The notes: generated by a model not told the origin, from the letters alone. Counted from the whole stretch's first letter, positions 20,729-31,011 are shown. The stretch is DNA of 63,327 nucleotides, filler included, from 4 parts of 4 records of this genome joined end to end with filler, not necessarily neighbours in it, one strand, 5' to 3'. Translations and numbers: made by a program.

Positions 20729-21865
20729 ATGCATGTTGCGAAAAAAGTACGCGCCTCTTTGTTCTTTAACTCAATTTTTGTATTTCTTGGTCTTTGCTCC
20801 CTTGAGCAGGTAACAGGGGAACCCAATGGTCCGGTTCAGGTTTTTATCCTTGCGGGCCAATCCAATATGGAAGGCAAGGGTTTTCCCAGGCCGCTATCAT
20901 GGCAGTTAGGACAAGCAAAATACCGTGAACGATACCTGCGTTTCATTAAAGACGGGGATGATGAAGCATTTTTGAAAACGCTGCACTCATCCTTGGCTAA
21001 AAACTCTCGGCAACCTGAGTATGCCTGGGCTGAGCGAAAGGATGTGTGGGTGGATTTTCATGAGCAACATGGGAATTTAAAAGTTGGGTATAGTCCAAAC
21101 CGAGACTGTTTCGGTCCTGAATTCAACTTTGGTCAAGTGATGGGGGATTTGTTTGAAGAGCCCGTGCTACTGATTAAAACAGCATGGGGGGGGAAAGCTC
21201 TTGGTCGGGAATTCCTTCCACCCAGCCTCCGCAACACCAATAAGAAAATCAAGGCTTTGGCTGTTCGCGAGAAGAAAACGGTGCAGGAAATACTCGATAC
21301 CTACGGTGTTTTTTACGACTTGATGATTGATGAAATTAAGCAGTCATTGTCACAACTGCAAAAAAATCATCCGGACTATCAGGAGCAAGGTTACGAAATA
21401 AAAGGAATGGTTTGGTTTCAGGGCTGGAACGATCTTTTCGACGAAAACTATCGTAAGGGATATGAATCCAATCTTACTGCGCTCATACGGGACATTCGAA
21501 AGGATCTCAATGTTCCTGATTTACCTGTTGTGATTGGCCAAAATGGACACGATGGCGATAAAAAAGGGGCTTATCCGACTGACAAAGATGGCAATCCAGA
21601 CAATCACGCGATCATACGTAAAGCTCAATGGGATGCAGCGCAAGTCAGTGGTTTCGAGGGGACGGTTGTTTGCATACGCACTGCACCATTTTGGGACATG
21701 GACGCTGATGCCATTTACTACGGCCCGGGGAGCTGGAAAAAAGATGTGGATAAGTGGCGACAATTTGGCGATGACCGCCCGTACCACTATCTTGGTAGTC
21801 CATGGTTCTTCGCTCAGACAGGCACCGCTTTTGGTCAGGCAATGCGGCTTCTCCTCGAGCAATAG
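20729..21865 (+). CDS. Sialate O-acetylesterase (SASA/DUF303) family
   Basis: VFILAGQSNMEG, FGPE, KTAWGG, WFQGWND, YHY. Confidence 0.85.
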   Translation: MHVAKKVRASLFFNSIFVFLGLCSLEQVTGEPNGPVQVFILAGQSNMEGKGFPRPLSWQLGQAKYRERYLRFIKDGDDEAFLKTLHSSLAKNSRQPEYAWAERKDVWVDFHEQHGNLKVGYSPNRDCFGPEFNFGQVMGDLFEEPVLLIKTAWGGKALGREFLPPSLRNTNKKIKALAVREKKTVQEILDTYGVFYDLMIDEIKQSLSQLQKNHPDYQEQGYEIKGMVWFQGWNDLFDENYRKGYESNLTALIRDIRKDLNVPDLPVVIGQNGHDGDKKGAYPTDKDGNPDNHAIIRKAQWDAAQVSGFEGTVVCIRTAPFWDMDADAIYYGPGSWKKDVDKWRQFGDDRPYHYLGSPWFFAQTGTAFGQAMRLLLEQ

Positions 21866-22036
21866 GCAACAGTCCTCCAGAAAGTGATTTGATTTTGGTT
21901 AGCAAGGAATCCCTTGCGGCAATGAAACTGCCTGCCATGCAGCATTTTATTGCAGGATGAATCCTCACCGTGAGCAATACTACTACGATATGGAACATCG
22001 TTTTACTGGAATGACTTATACGGCATTTCAGTGGGC

Positions 22037-22069
22037 AAAAAAAAACCTGAGAAGCTCACGCTCCCCAGG
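22037..22069 (-). terminator. Rho-independent terminator of prepilin gene 1
   Basis: Minus strand CCTGGGGAGC-GTGA-GCTTCTCAGG (10-bp stem, GNRA loop) followed by T9. Confidence 0.85.
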
Positions 22070-22094
22070 CAATTAGATTCAAATGTTTTGGAAA

Positions 22095-22940
22095 TTACCG
22101 GGTTCTACCAGGCTTCAAGGATGATGTGCGCTCTGACATCCACAAAACGTCCCTGTTATTGGGTGAGGCCACATTCAAAGCTGGAAGTTGTTTGCCAAAA
22201 TTAGCTGGTTCAACAGTACGATTGTCAACCCACTTTTTGATTTCCGAGTGGCCATCGGCAAAAGCTAATCCGCACGCTCCGTTGTGGTAGCTGGCGGGGA
22301 AATCGATGATTCTCGCCTGGCTCAACGTACTAGCCTGCTGCATTTGGACCGCGAAGGCGGCGTCGTTGATACTACCGGGATGCTCGTCAATCAATATCCA
22401 GGTCATCGATGGACCTGGATCAATCAGGTCGGATTCCTTGCCAAAGGTTCGATACATGGAACCGGGTAGCCAGCTTCCGTTGTCAAAAGCCTGACTCATC
22501 GAGTTACTGCGTACCCTTGGGCGAATTTCGCCTCCAACCTTGACATTTGCCTTGTCCGACGGGCACTTGAAGATTTTTGCACTGCTTCCCGCGTAGGTGA
22601 AAAGAGGGCCTTTCTCAATGTGCATGGTGACATCCCAGTTGGCACGGTTGCCACCATTGTAGTTGAGACTGCCTTCGATCCATGCCGGTCTTCTGTTAAC
22701 GGTTCCAAGTGATGAGACAAGACCTCCTTCATTGTCACCCGCATACATAAACCAAGCGAGACCAAGCTGCTTGAGGTTGTTCATGCAACTGATGCCCTGA
22801 GCTTTTGTTTTGGCCTTGCTCAAAGCTGGCAACAACATGCCGGCGAGTATTGCAATGATGGCGATTACCACCAGAAGCTCAATGAGGGTAAATCCCTTTT
22901 TGGACCTGAGCTTTCCCATCTTTTGATTGATTACTTTCAT
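22095..22940 (-). CDS. Prepilin-type N-methylation / H-X9-DG domain protein
   Basis: [43 protein letters not shown]. Confidence 0.9.
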   Translation of the reverse strand: MKVINQKMGKLRSKKGFTLIELLVVIAIIAILAGMLLPALSKAKTKAQGISCMNNLKQLGLAWFMYAGDNEGGLVSSLGTVNRRPAWIEGSLNYNGGNRANWDVTMHIEKGPLFTYAGSSAKIFKCPSDKANVKVGGEIRPRVRSNSMSQAFDNGSWLPGSMYRTFGKESDLIDPGPSMTWILIDEHPGSINDAAFAVQMQQASTLSQARIIDFPASYHNGACGLAFADGHSEIKKWVDNRTVEPANFGKQLPALNVASPNNRDVLWMSERTSSLKPGRTR

Positions 22941-23060
22941 ATCAGAATTGCTACAATGTTTTTCAATACTATATGGAATTATCTTAACTTACGATTGCTT
23001 ACCTGTCGAGCTTATAAAAACGGACTTCTCAACTCTTTGGCTCTGAGTTATTTTGTGTAT

Positions 23061-26000
23061 ATGCGTTCCTTTTCTCTTCCCCAAGCAGGTAGGTTGATTC
23101 GTCTTGGTTTATGCCTCTCGGGTTGTTGTTTGTTGCCGCTATTCACTCCAGCGGACAAAGCATTTTCAGTGGATGTTGATTCTTCCCTGCCTCCCGTCCG
23201 TGGTTTGATTGAGGCCTTCACCAAAGATCTCAAAGTGCTCAAACGGTATCATCCCTGGGCGATGTCAGAGACACGTCATGATCGATTACAGGAATTGATT
23301 CAGGAATACTCAACTTCTCTTCTTGCGACTGAATTTCAGCAACTAGCTCAGCAAGAACGTATCGATTATATACTGCTGCGGAATCAATTGAAATTTGCAT
23401 CACGGCAACTTGACCAAGCACGGGCACGATATGCTGAAATCAAGGAGTGGTTGCCATTTGGTGCATCCATACTCGAGTTGGCTGAGGCGCGTCAGCGAGT
23501 AGAACCCATCGAAGCAGAAGAAACGGCAACAGTGATGCATGCTTTGAAATTACAGGTGACTCAATCCCACCAGAAGGTTCGATCCTCATTGGAGCTATCA
23601 GATTCTTCACTCACCCCAGTGTTGGGGGGGAGGGTTGCTCAGACGATCGATCTTTACAGCAAGATGCTTGAGGAATGGTATCAGTTTTATGCCGGCTATC
23701 ATCCTTCTTTTATCTGGTGGGTTCGATCCCCCCATGAGGCAACCGTCAAGGCATTGGACGATTATGCAGATTTTATTCGTCATGAGGTTGCAGGCTTTGT
23801 GCAGGGTCAAGATCCGCCTGTGCTGGGGGATCCTGTGGGTCGAAAGGCCCTTTTGGATGCTCTGGATCACGAGATGGTAACGTATACACCGGAGGAATTG
23901 CTTGAAATAGCTCAGGCCGAATTTGCCTGGTGTGATCGTGAGCGTCAACGAGCGGCAAGGGATCTGGGCTTCGGAGACGATTGGCGGGCTGCTTACGATT
24001 TTGTGAAATCCAGATATGTGGCCCCCGGTGAGCAACCTCAATTAATCAAAAGGCTGGCTCATGAGGCCGTCGATTTCCTTGAACAGCGTGATTTGTTATC
24101 AATCCCGCCTCTCGCGAAGGAGGTCTGGCGCATGCGTATGATGACGGCGGAGCGTCAAAAGGTGAATCCGTACTTCACCGGAGGCGAGGTTATCTCCGTT
24201 TCCTTTCCAACAGAAAGCATGGAACATGAGGACAAACTGATGAGCATGCGTGGAAACAACGTGCATTTCTCAAAAGCAACGGTTCATCATGAACTGATCC
24301 CCGGTCATCATTTGCAGCTCTACATGGCTGAGCGCCATCAGACACATCGCGCTTTGTTTCGAACCCCGTTCTTGGTAGAGGGCTGGGCGCTTTACTGGGA
24401 AATGCTTCTCTGGGATCTAGAATTTTACGACTCTCCCGAAGATCGAATCGGTATGCTGTTCTGGCGATCGCATCGATGTGCCAGGATTATTTTCTCCCTT
24501 AGTTTTCATCTGGGGACCATGAGCGCTCAGGAGGCAATTGAATTTCTTGTCAGCAACGTGGGGCATGAACGTCGCAATGCAAGCGCGGAGGTTCGACGAT
24601 CCATTCAAGGAGGCTACATACCCCTTTATCAGGCTGCCTACATGTTGGGTGGACTGCAGATTCGCTCCATGTATCGTGAATTGGTCGAATCCAATCAAAT
24701 GACAGCCAAAGCGTTTCACAACGCGATCCTCCGGGAAAATGCCATACCAATCGACATGATACGGGCAAGTTTGATGCAGACGCCACTCACGACTGATTAT
24801 CGTCCTGACTGGAAGTTTTATCATCATCAAGAACCGGTGCATGCCAAACCTGAAGCTCAGCTTCAATCGAATCCTGATAGCAGCAGGCTTCCTCCATCGG
24901 TGGAAGAGGCACTTTCCATAGGAAAATCCTTTCGAGGCAAGGTGACGCAGGATTCGGTCAAGCCTCAATGGTTCGATCAAGGCGCGCAATTTCACTACAA
25001 ACGTTCTCTGGAAGATGGAAAGTATCAATTTCGAGTGGTTCATACGGAAGACGGCTCAAATCGAACAGCCTTTGACCATTACCTTGTCGCGCAAGCCATG
25101 TCTTTGATGATTGGAAACGACATTTCACCAGATCGATTGCCAGTGCAATCCATTGATATGAGCTCCCCTTCAGGACGTATCCTCTTGAAGGGGCAAGGGG
25201 TGTCCTGGCTATGGAATCCATATCGCTCGCATTTGATCAAATGGAACAAAGGAAATGCCGTGGAAGCAGTCAAGCCCGAAAGACGCAATATTGAAGGCCC
25301 ACGGAACCGGCGCGAGCGTGAAGAGGATCGAGCGGGTGTTTCTCCCAATGGAAAATGGAGGGTAACGGTCAAGGAACACAATCTCTGGATTGAGGACCTT
25401 GAGTCTGGTCAAGTGTCACCGCTCAGCTTTGACGGTAATCCAGGTAATTCCTATCAGCCCACGGCTGATCGCGAACGATTTGTAGGGATGCAGTATCAGA
25501 GGGAGGATCCTCCCGTCGGGCGCCCTCGTGTGTATTGGTCTCCGGATTCAAAGTGGCTCATTGCCCTGCGTTACGAACCGGGTGTGGAGCGGCATGTCCA
25601 TATCGTTGAGTCCTCACCTGAAGATCAATTGCAGCCCATGCTCCATTCCTACACCTACCTCAAGCCAGGGGACAGGATACCCGTTCAGAAACCCGCATTG
25701 TTCAATGTATCCACACGCAAAGAAATGATATTGGATGACACATTATACTCAAATCCATGGTCCATTAATCAGATGCGCTGGGATAAGGACAGTCAGCGAT
25801 TCACGTTTCTTTTCAACGAAAGAGGGCATCAGGTCTTGAGAGTGATTGCGGTAGAGGCCAGCACTGGAAACGTCCAATCATTGATCGATGAGCAAAGTGA
25901 TACATTCCTGGACTACGCCTACAAAAACCACTACCGGGACATGGAGTCCAGCCAGGAGATTCTTTGGATGTCCGAGCGGGATGGATGGAATCATCTTTAT

Positions 26001-27131
26001 TTGTTCGATGCTGAAACTGGCTTCATGAAGCATCAGATCACCAGAGGGGATTGGGTTGTTCGTCAGGTAGATCGAGTGGACGAGGAGAAAAGACAGATTT
26101 GGTTCAGGGCAAGTGGGATTTTTAAGGGGCAGGATCCGTATTATATTCACTATTGCCGTGTGAATTTTGACGGTACGGGATTGGTTAGATTGACTCAAAG
26201 CAATGGGAATCACTCGGCTCAATATTCCCCTGATGGAAGGTTTCTCATCGACACCTGGTCTCGAGTCGACCAAGCGCCTGTTGCAGAACTCAGAGATGCT
26301 TCTTCAGGTGACTTGATATCAGTGGTAGAGCAGGCTGACATGAAGATGCTTGAAGCATCTGGTTGGCAGAAGCCGGAAGCATTTGTGGCCAAGGGCAGGG
26401 ATGGTTCAACGAATATTCATGGTGTGATTTACCGACCCACACATTTTGACCCATCCAAAAAATATCCCGTGATTGAAAAGATATATGCCGGTCCTCATGG
26501 ATCGTTTGTTCCAAAATCTTTTCGATCTTTTCACAGTGCTCAGGCAATGGCTGAACTTGGATTCGTGGTTGTGCAAATTGATGGGATGGGGACATCGAAT
26601 CGATCCAAAGCTTTCCACGATGTCTGCTGGCAAAACATCGGAGATGCAGGCTTTCCTGATCGGATTGCCTGGATGAAAGCAGCCGCTGAATCGCGATCCT
26701 ACATGGATCTCAGTCGGGTGGGTATCTATGGAGGCTCGGCAGGTGGTCAAAATACGCTTCGTGGATTATTGGCGCATGGTGACTTTTACAAGGTAGGTGT
26801 TGCGGACTGCGGTTGCCACGACAATCGAATGGACAAGATCTGGTGGAATGAGCTTTGGATGGGCTGGCCGCTGGGACCTCACTACCGCGAGCAATCCAAT
26901 GTTACGCAAGCACATCAATTAAAAGGTAAGCTCCTGCTTATGGTGGGAGAAATGGATCGCAATGTAGACCCGGCATCCACGATGCAAGTTGTGGATGCAT
27001 TGATTAAAGCCGATAAAGACTTCGATATGCTGGTGATGCCGGGGGTGGGGCACGGGGCTGCGGGTACGCCTTATGGCAAAAAAAGGATGGCTCAATTTTT
27101 CATGAAGCATTTGCTGAACGAATCCCCCTGA
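23061..27131 (+). CDS. DUF885 (metallopeptidase-like) + DPP-IV/S9 serine peptidase fusion
   Basis: Signal peptide; HHELIPGHHLQ and EGWALYWE in the N half; propeller region, GGSAGG, DRNVD and GVGHG triad motifs in the C half; one uninterrupted frame. Confidence 0.85.
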   Translation: MRSFSLPQAGRLIRLGLCLSGCCLLPLFTPADKAFSVDVDSSLPPVRGLIEAFTKDLKVLKRYHPWAMSETRHDRLQELIQEYSTSLLATEFQQLAQQERIDYILLRNQLKFASRQLDQARARYAEIKEWLPFGASILELAEARQRVEPIEAEETATVMHALKLQVTQSHQKVRSSLELSDSSLTPVLGGRVAQTIDLYSKMLEEWYQFYAGYHPSFIWWVRSPHEATVKALDDYADFIRHEVAGFVQGQDPPVLGDPVGRKALLDALDHEMVTYTPEELLEIAQAEFAWCDRERQRAARDLGFGDDWRAAYDFVKSRYVAPGEQPQLIKRLAHEAVDFLEQRDLLSIPPLAKEVWRMRMMTAERQKVNPYFTGGEVISVSFPTESMEHEDKLMSMRGNNVHFSKATVHHELIPGHHLQLYMAERHQTHRALFRTPFLVEGWALYWEMLLWDLEFYDSPEDRIGMLFWRSHRCARIIFSLSFHLGTMSAQEAIEFLVSNVGHERRNASAEVRRSIQGGYIPLYQAAYMLGGLQIRSMYRELVESNQMTAKAFHNAILRENAIPIDMIRASLMQTPLTTDYRPDWKFYHHQEPVHAKPEAQLQSNPDSSRLPPSVEEALSIGKSFRGKVTQDSVKPQWFDQGAQFHYKRSLEDGKYQFRVVHTEDGSNRTAFDHYLVAQAMSLMIGNDISPDRLPVQSIDMSSPSGRILLKGQGVSWLWNPYRSHLIKWNKGNAVEAVKPERRNIEGPRNRREREEDRAGVSPNGKWRVTVKEHNLWIEDLESGQVSPLSFDGNPGNSYQPTADRERFVGMQYQREDPPVGRPRVYWSPDSKWLIALRYEPGVERHVHIVESSPEDQLQPMLHSYTYLKPGDRIPVQKPALFNVSTRKEMILDDTLYSNPWSINQMRWDKDSQRFTFLFNERGHQVLRVIAVEASTGNVQSLIDEQSDTFLDYAYKNHYRDMESSQEILWMSERDGWNHLYLFDAETGFMKHQITRGDWVVRQVDRVDEEKRQIWFRASGIFKGQDPYYIHYCRVNFDGTGLVRLTQSNGNHSAQYSPDGRFLIDTWSRVDQAPVAELRDASSGDLISVVEQADMKMLEASGWQKPEAFVAKGRDGSTNIHGVIYRPTHFDPSKKYPVIEKIYAGPHGSFVPKSFRSFHSAQAMAELGFVVVQIDGMGTSNRSKAFHDVCWQNIGDAGFPDRIAWMKAAAESRSYMDLSRVGIYGGSAGGQNTLRGLLAHGDFYKVGVADCGCHDNRMDKIWWNELWMGWPLGPHYREQSNVTQAHQLKGKLLLMVGEMDRNVDPASTMQVVDALIKADKDFDMLVMPGVGHGAAGTPYGKKRMAQFFMKHLLNESP

Positions 27132-27151
27132 TTCCTGCTTCGCAAAGAAGG

Positions 27152-27940
27152 TTATTTTTGTCTTCCTGAGAGAAAGTCCTCGTAGTGAGGAATCCCGGTT
27201 TGTAGACGGTGTAGGTCCTCTCGCTCTGGAGATTTGCTGGCGTCCAGGGACTCTAATGTTTTGGGAGCACGCCACGCATAGCGATCTGCGTGACCATCGA
27301 GAAATGAGAGGTTGGCCCCTTGGGAATGTCGATCGGCAGGAATGTTGAGGAAGCGATCCAGCCCAGGAGCCGACAAACCAAAGTGCCCGTCGTCAATTCT
27401 CTCCTCCAGCTCGTCGATAAACGCAAACACAAGCGATGTTCGCATTATCTGAGATTGCTTCACGAAACGACTGTCCTTGAAATCCGGCCACTCCGTCCCG
27501 TTCAACCATGAGTTGATCGCAACGCTGCGAAGACGTGGAATTTCCTGATGCTTTTCAACTTTCGATTTGTCGGCTGGACACTTGTATATGCCGACGGCTT
27601 GATTGTATTTGAACAGAATGCCTGCGCGGATGTTTTCATCCGTCAGATCATTCTTGGCATTTCCGAGTATCCAGGATCCTTGGAGACTGACGGCGCCATT
27701 TTGTGCTCCCCATTTGTTGGGTGGCATCACGTCTTCGTGATCGTCAGCGTACATAGCCCAAGCCAGTTGAAGCTGCTTCAAGTTGGAAATGCATTTGATG
27801 GTGACCGCCTTACTCTTGGCCTTGCTCAAGGCCGGTAAGAGCATACCTGCCAAAATAGCGATAATCGCAATGACAACAAGTAGTTCGATCAACGTGAAGC
27901 CGAAAGCTTTTCTGAGATAAGTCGCCATTGTCATAACCAT
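27152..27940 (-). CDS. Second prepilin-type / H-X9-DG domain protein
   Basis: [42 protein letters not shown]; start is one of 27940/27934/27928. Confidence 0.9.
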   Translation of the reverse strand: MVMTMATYLRKAFGFTLIELLVVIAIIAILAGMLLPALSKAKSKAVTIKCISNLKQLQLAWAMYADDHEDVMPPNKWGAQNGAVSLQGSWILGNAKNDLTDENIRAGILFKYNQAVGIYKCPADKSKVEKHQEIPRLRSVAINSWLNGTEWPDFKDSRFVKQSQIMRTSLVFAFIDELEERIDDGHFGLSAPGLDRFLNIPADRHSQGANLSFLDGHADRYAWRAPKTLESLDASKSPEREDLHRLQTGIPHYEDFLSGRQK

Positions 27941-27969
27941 TTCAAAATAGTCAATGAGACAATCAGGTG

Positions 27970-28250
27970 TCAATCGAATCCTCATGGCAGGCTCCCTCCA
28001 TCGGTGGAAGAGTCACTTTCCGCAGGGGAATTCTTTCGAGGCAAGTTGACACACGATTTGGTCAAGTCGGAATGGTTTGATCAAGGTGCGCAATTTCACT
28101 ACAGGCATTCTTTGGGAAGGTGGCTCAAATCACTTGGCCTTTGATCACCGTCTTGTCGCTCAAGCCTCTGCATGGTGCTGCGGTTATGGTTTGTGGCAAA
28201 AGCGAATGGCTCAATTTTCCATCAAGTATTTTCTGGAGGCGTTCCCATGA
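27970..28250 (+). pseudogene. Internally deleted, frameshifted copy of the S9 half of the 23061-27131 gene
   Basis: Aligns by eye to 24863-25018, 25046-25097 and 27050-27131, including the TGA stop. Confidence 0.9.
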
Positions 28251-28278
28251 TCCAGCTGGGTCGAGGGAAACAATCAGG

Positions 28279-29670
28279 CTAAGTTTTTTGTCGCTTTGAA
28301 CTCGTTTTTTTAAGCGCGGCTTTTTTAGTTGCTGGACCTCGCTTGGAGGGCTTGGGCCTGGTCTCTTTCTTAGCTGCCTTCATTCCTTGATTCTCGGAAA
28401 TACTCAGCAAAAGTCCGAGACCAAGAAACACGGTTACCAAGTTGCTGCCTCCGTGACTGATCAAGGGTAAAGGAATACCCGTCATCGGGAGACTTTTGGT
28501 GACGCCTCCTATGTTAAGGAGAGTTTGACATGCGAGCACAGAAACGATGCCTGCCGCCAGGAGCGACCCGAAGTAATCTTTGGTTTTGAATGCAATTCGG
28601 TATCCTTGGTGAAAGAAGATAAGGTAAAAGACGATCACCAGCAGGCAACCGACGAATCCAAGTTCCTCTCCAATGACCGCATACATGAAATCTGATTCAG
28701 CGATGGGAATGCGCTCTGGATTGCCTTTGCCAAAACCCGCTCCCAGGAATCCGCCGGCAAACATGCCTGATAATCCCTGGAGAATCTGCCAGCCACTGCC
28801 GGTAGGATCTCCAAAAGGGTCCATCCACGTTTGGATTCTTTCACGTGCATGCGCTACAAATTGATTGGCAATGACACCTGTCGCGGCGATTCCCAGACCT
28901 GAGGCAATCAGGTACCGCCACTGACCTGTAATGAAGAACAAAACCATGCACAGTGTCATGGTCAGGATAGCGAGCATGCCCAGGTCACGCTGGATCAAAA
29001 GCAAGGCCATCAGCATCACGTAGATTGATATGACCGGCCAAAGTACACGGATCATTGATGCTTTTCCGCGCTGAGTGGCTTGACGTATTTCTTTTTCCCT
29101 CGAAGCGAAATAGCCGCCGAGGAACAGAACCATCAAAAGTTTCAGGATCTCGGTGGGTGTTAATTGACCAGCTGCATAATAAGCTCCGCGGTAGCGAGTC
29201 CCCGTAGCAATCAAGACTGCTACCAGAATGAGGGAGACACCTGCTGCAGCCCAGCTCAGGCGGCGCAATGCTTGATATCGACCATTCTTGAAGAGACCTA
29301 TCATCAGAAGCATCGTCAAAACACCAATCGGATAAGCAAAATGACTCAAACGCCATGGATGTTCAAAATCAAACAAACCCATCCTGTATTGAGCCAGAAC
29401 ACCGAAGCCTCCCAGGAAAGCGACCGATCCCAGAATAACAGGATCCCCCTGGAATCGAGTGATAATGAACCAGGCATGCATCAGCAGCAGGCTCAGTCCG
29501 AATATGACCAGAGGGAAAATACCTTGCTGAGCGACACTGCCTGCCTGCTTTAGATCATTTAGAAAAAAGCCTGCGTAACCAAATGCAATGGTGAGAAAAC
29601 ATGCAAAAAACAGGCGCCGCTCAATAGAACGGAACGACCATACATCAGCGATAGTAGTACCTGGTTTCAC
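28279..29670 (-). CDS. FtsW/RodA/SpoVE (SEDS) family protein
   Basis: Multiple TMs, PTEILK, QRDLG, WMDP, ESDFMYAVIGEELG, PMTGIPLPLISHGG. Confidence 0.9.
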   Translation of the reverse strand: MKPGTTIADVWSFRSIERRLFFACFLTIAFGYAGFFLNDLKQAGSVAQQGIFPLVIFGLSLLLMHAWFIITRFQGDPVILGSVAFLGGFGVLAQYRMGLFDFEHPWRLSHFAYPIGVLTMLLMIGLFKNGRYQALRRLSWAAAGVSLILVAVLIATGTRYRGAYYAAGQLTPTEILKLLMVLFLGGYFASREKEIRQATQRGKASMIRVLWPVISIYVMLMALLLIQRDLGMLAILTMTLCMVLFFITGQWRYLIASGLGIAATGVIANQFVAHARERIQTWMDPFGDPTGSGWQILQGLSGMFAGGFLGAGFGKGNPERIPIAESDFMYAVIGEELGFVGCLLVIVFYLIFFHQGYRIAFKTKDYFGSLLAAGIVSVLACQTLLNIGGVTKSLPMTGIPLPLISHGGSNLVTVFLGLGLLLSISENQGMKAAKKETRPKPSKRGPATKKAALKKTSSKRQKT

Positions 29671-29694
29671 CTGCTTGAGCGCCGTGTTGCAAGA

Positions 29695-31011
29695 TTACTT
29701 GAAAAGTGCTTTGGGCTGAGCCTGCAGCCACTCATCCCGACTCACCTTTTGAGTCAAATGCCGGTGAACAAAGGTTCCCTTCTTATTGCCCACGACAATT
29801 TCTGGATAGCCATCATCATTGATATCTCTAGCCATTACCTGCGTGCCAATGCCTGAGTCGCTATCGACCAGATGAGGGACAAAATCGACACCTGCATCCG
29901 TGCGCTTGAGTTCAAACCAATAAAGGACAGCAGCGGCATTTGGTTCTGCATCTCCATTTGGGCCATGGGCCCAGAATCTTTTTCCAGTGATAACATCCTT
30001 GAGACCATCCCCATTCATATCGGCCACATCAATGGCATGCAGTTGTGAAAACTGGACTCCATAGCGGTTTTCAGAAGGTTCTTTATTGACGAAAATGTGA
30101 GCTTTGAAGGTGATGCCTTCTGGAGTGGGGATGTGTTCATACCATGCCAACCCGTATCCGTGGGCAGCAATACTGGTAATGACATCATTGTCACCGTCAC
30201 CATCTACGTCGTAGGCATACATTTGAGCTCCCCCTCCCGGGCTGAAAAGTTGAGGATGGAATTTCCATTCAGGATCGCCAGCCAGGTTCTCAGGTTGCTG
30301 CCACCAGCCTTCTTTTGCCATGAGATCCATGCGGCCATCGCCATTGACGTCTCCGACGCCCAGGCCATGAGTAAATCGCTGCCAGGGACCCTTGGGGGTG
30401 ATCGGATGAAATTTCCAGGGCTTTTCAGGTTGTGACCAATCGGGACTTGCATAACCATAATAGCCGCCTGAACCGCATACTATTTCAGGTTTTCCATCGC
30501 CAGTTAAGTCGAGGAAGGTCGGAGATTCGTTGTCGGTGACATCCAGTATGTCGTGCTTATTCCAGTAATGATCTTTTCCCTGTGGGTTTTCGTACCAGGA
30601 TGATTCTTTTCCGGGGAACCCCAAAACAAGAATGTCATCCCAGCCATCCGCATTGAAATCATGCGAGAAGGCCACGAAGTTTTCCGAGTAGCTGTTCTTG
30701 GTCCCGAGTGCGCCCTCATAACCTTGAATGATTTGAGCGCTGCCGTCGGCATGTTGCTTTTCCCACCCGCGCTTGTCGGAGTAAAATGTATGTCGATGCG
30801 TGAAAGCCGGGCCTTCCCACCAATAAGGACCAGAAGCCGCGTCTTGATTTCCGTCTTTGTTAAAGTCACCAAAGGTTGCTCCTTCACTCCAGAACCGGTC
30901 CGTCAACTGTAGCTTTTCAAAAGAGTGAAGCGTGTGAGATTGCGCGCTCACGCCGCAAGACAGAGCAAGCGTTCCGAGGCCAGCAAGAATCAGGTGTTTC
31001 ATGGATTCCAT
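29695..31011 (-). CDS. Secreted FG-GAP/VCBS repeat protein
   Basis: Repeated DxNxDGxxD motifs; signal peptide. Confidence 0.85.
   Translation of the reverse strand: MESMKHLILAGLGTLALSCGVSAQSHTLHSFEKLQLTDRFWSEGATFGDFNKDGNQDAASGPYWWEGPAFTHRHTFYSDKRGWEKQHADGSAQIIQGYEGALGTKNSYSENFVAFSHDFNADGWDDILVLGFPGKESSWYENPQGKDHYWNKHDILDVTDNESPTFLDLTGDGKPEIVCGSGGYYGYASPDWSQPEKPWKFHPITPKGPWQRFTHGLGVGDVNGDGRMDLMAKEGWWQQPENLAGDPEWKFHPQLFSPGGGAQMYAYDVDGDGDNDVITSIAAHGYGLAWYEHIPTPEGITFKAHIFVNKEPSENRYGVQFSQLHAIDVADMNGDGLKDVITGKRFWAHGPNGDAEPNAAAVLYWFELKRTDAGVDFVPHLVDSDSGIGTQVMARDINDDGYPEIVVGNKKGTFVHRHLTQKVSRDEWLQAQPKALFK

Noticed and set aside
27941..27985. ORF-track start of pilin 2 at 27985
   Set aside because: That ATG lies inside the peptidase remnant; nearer ATGs give a normal short prepilin leader.
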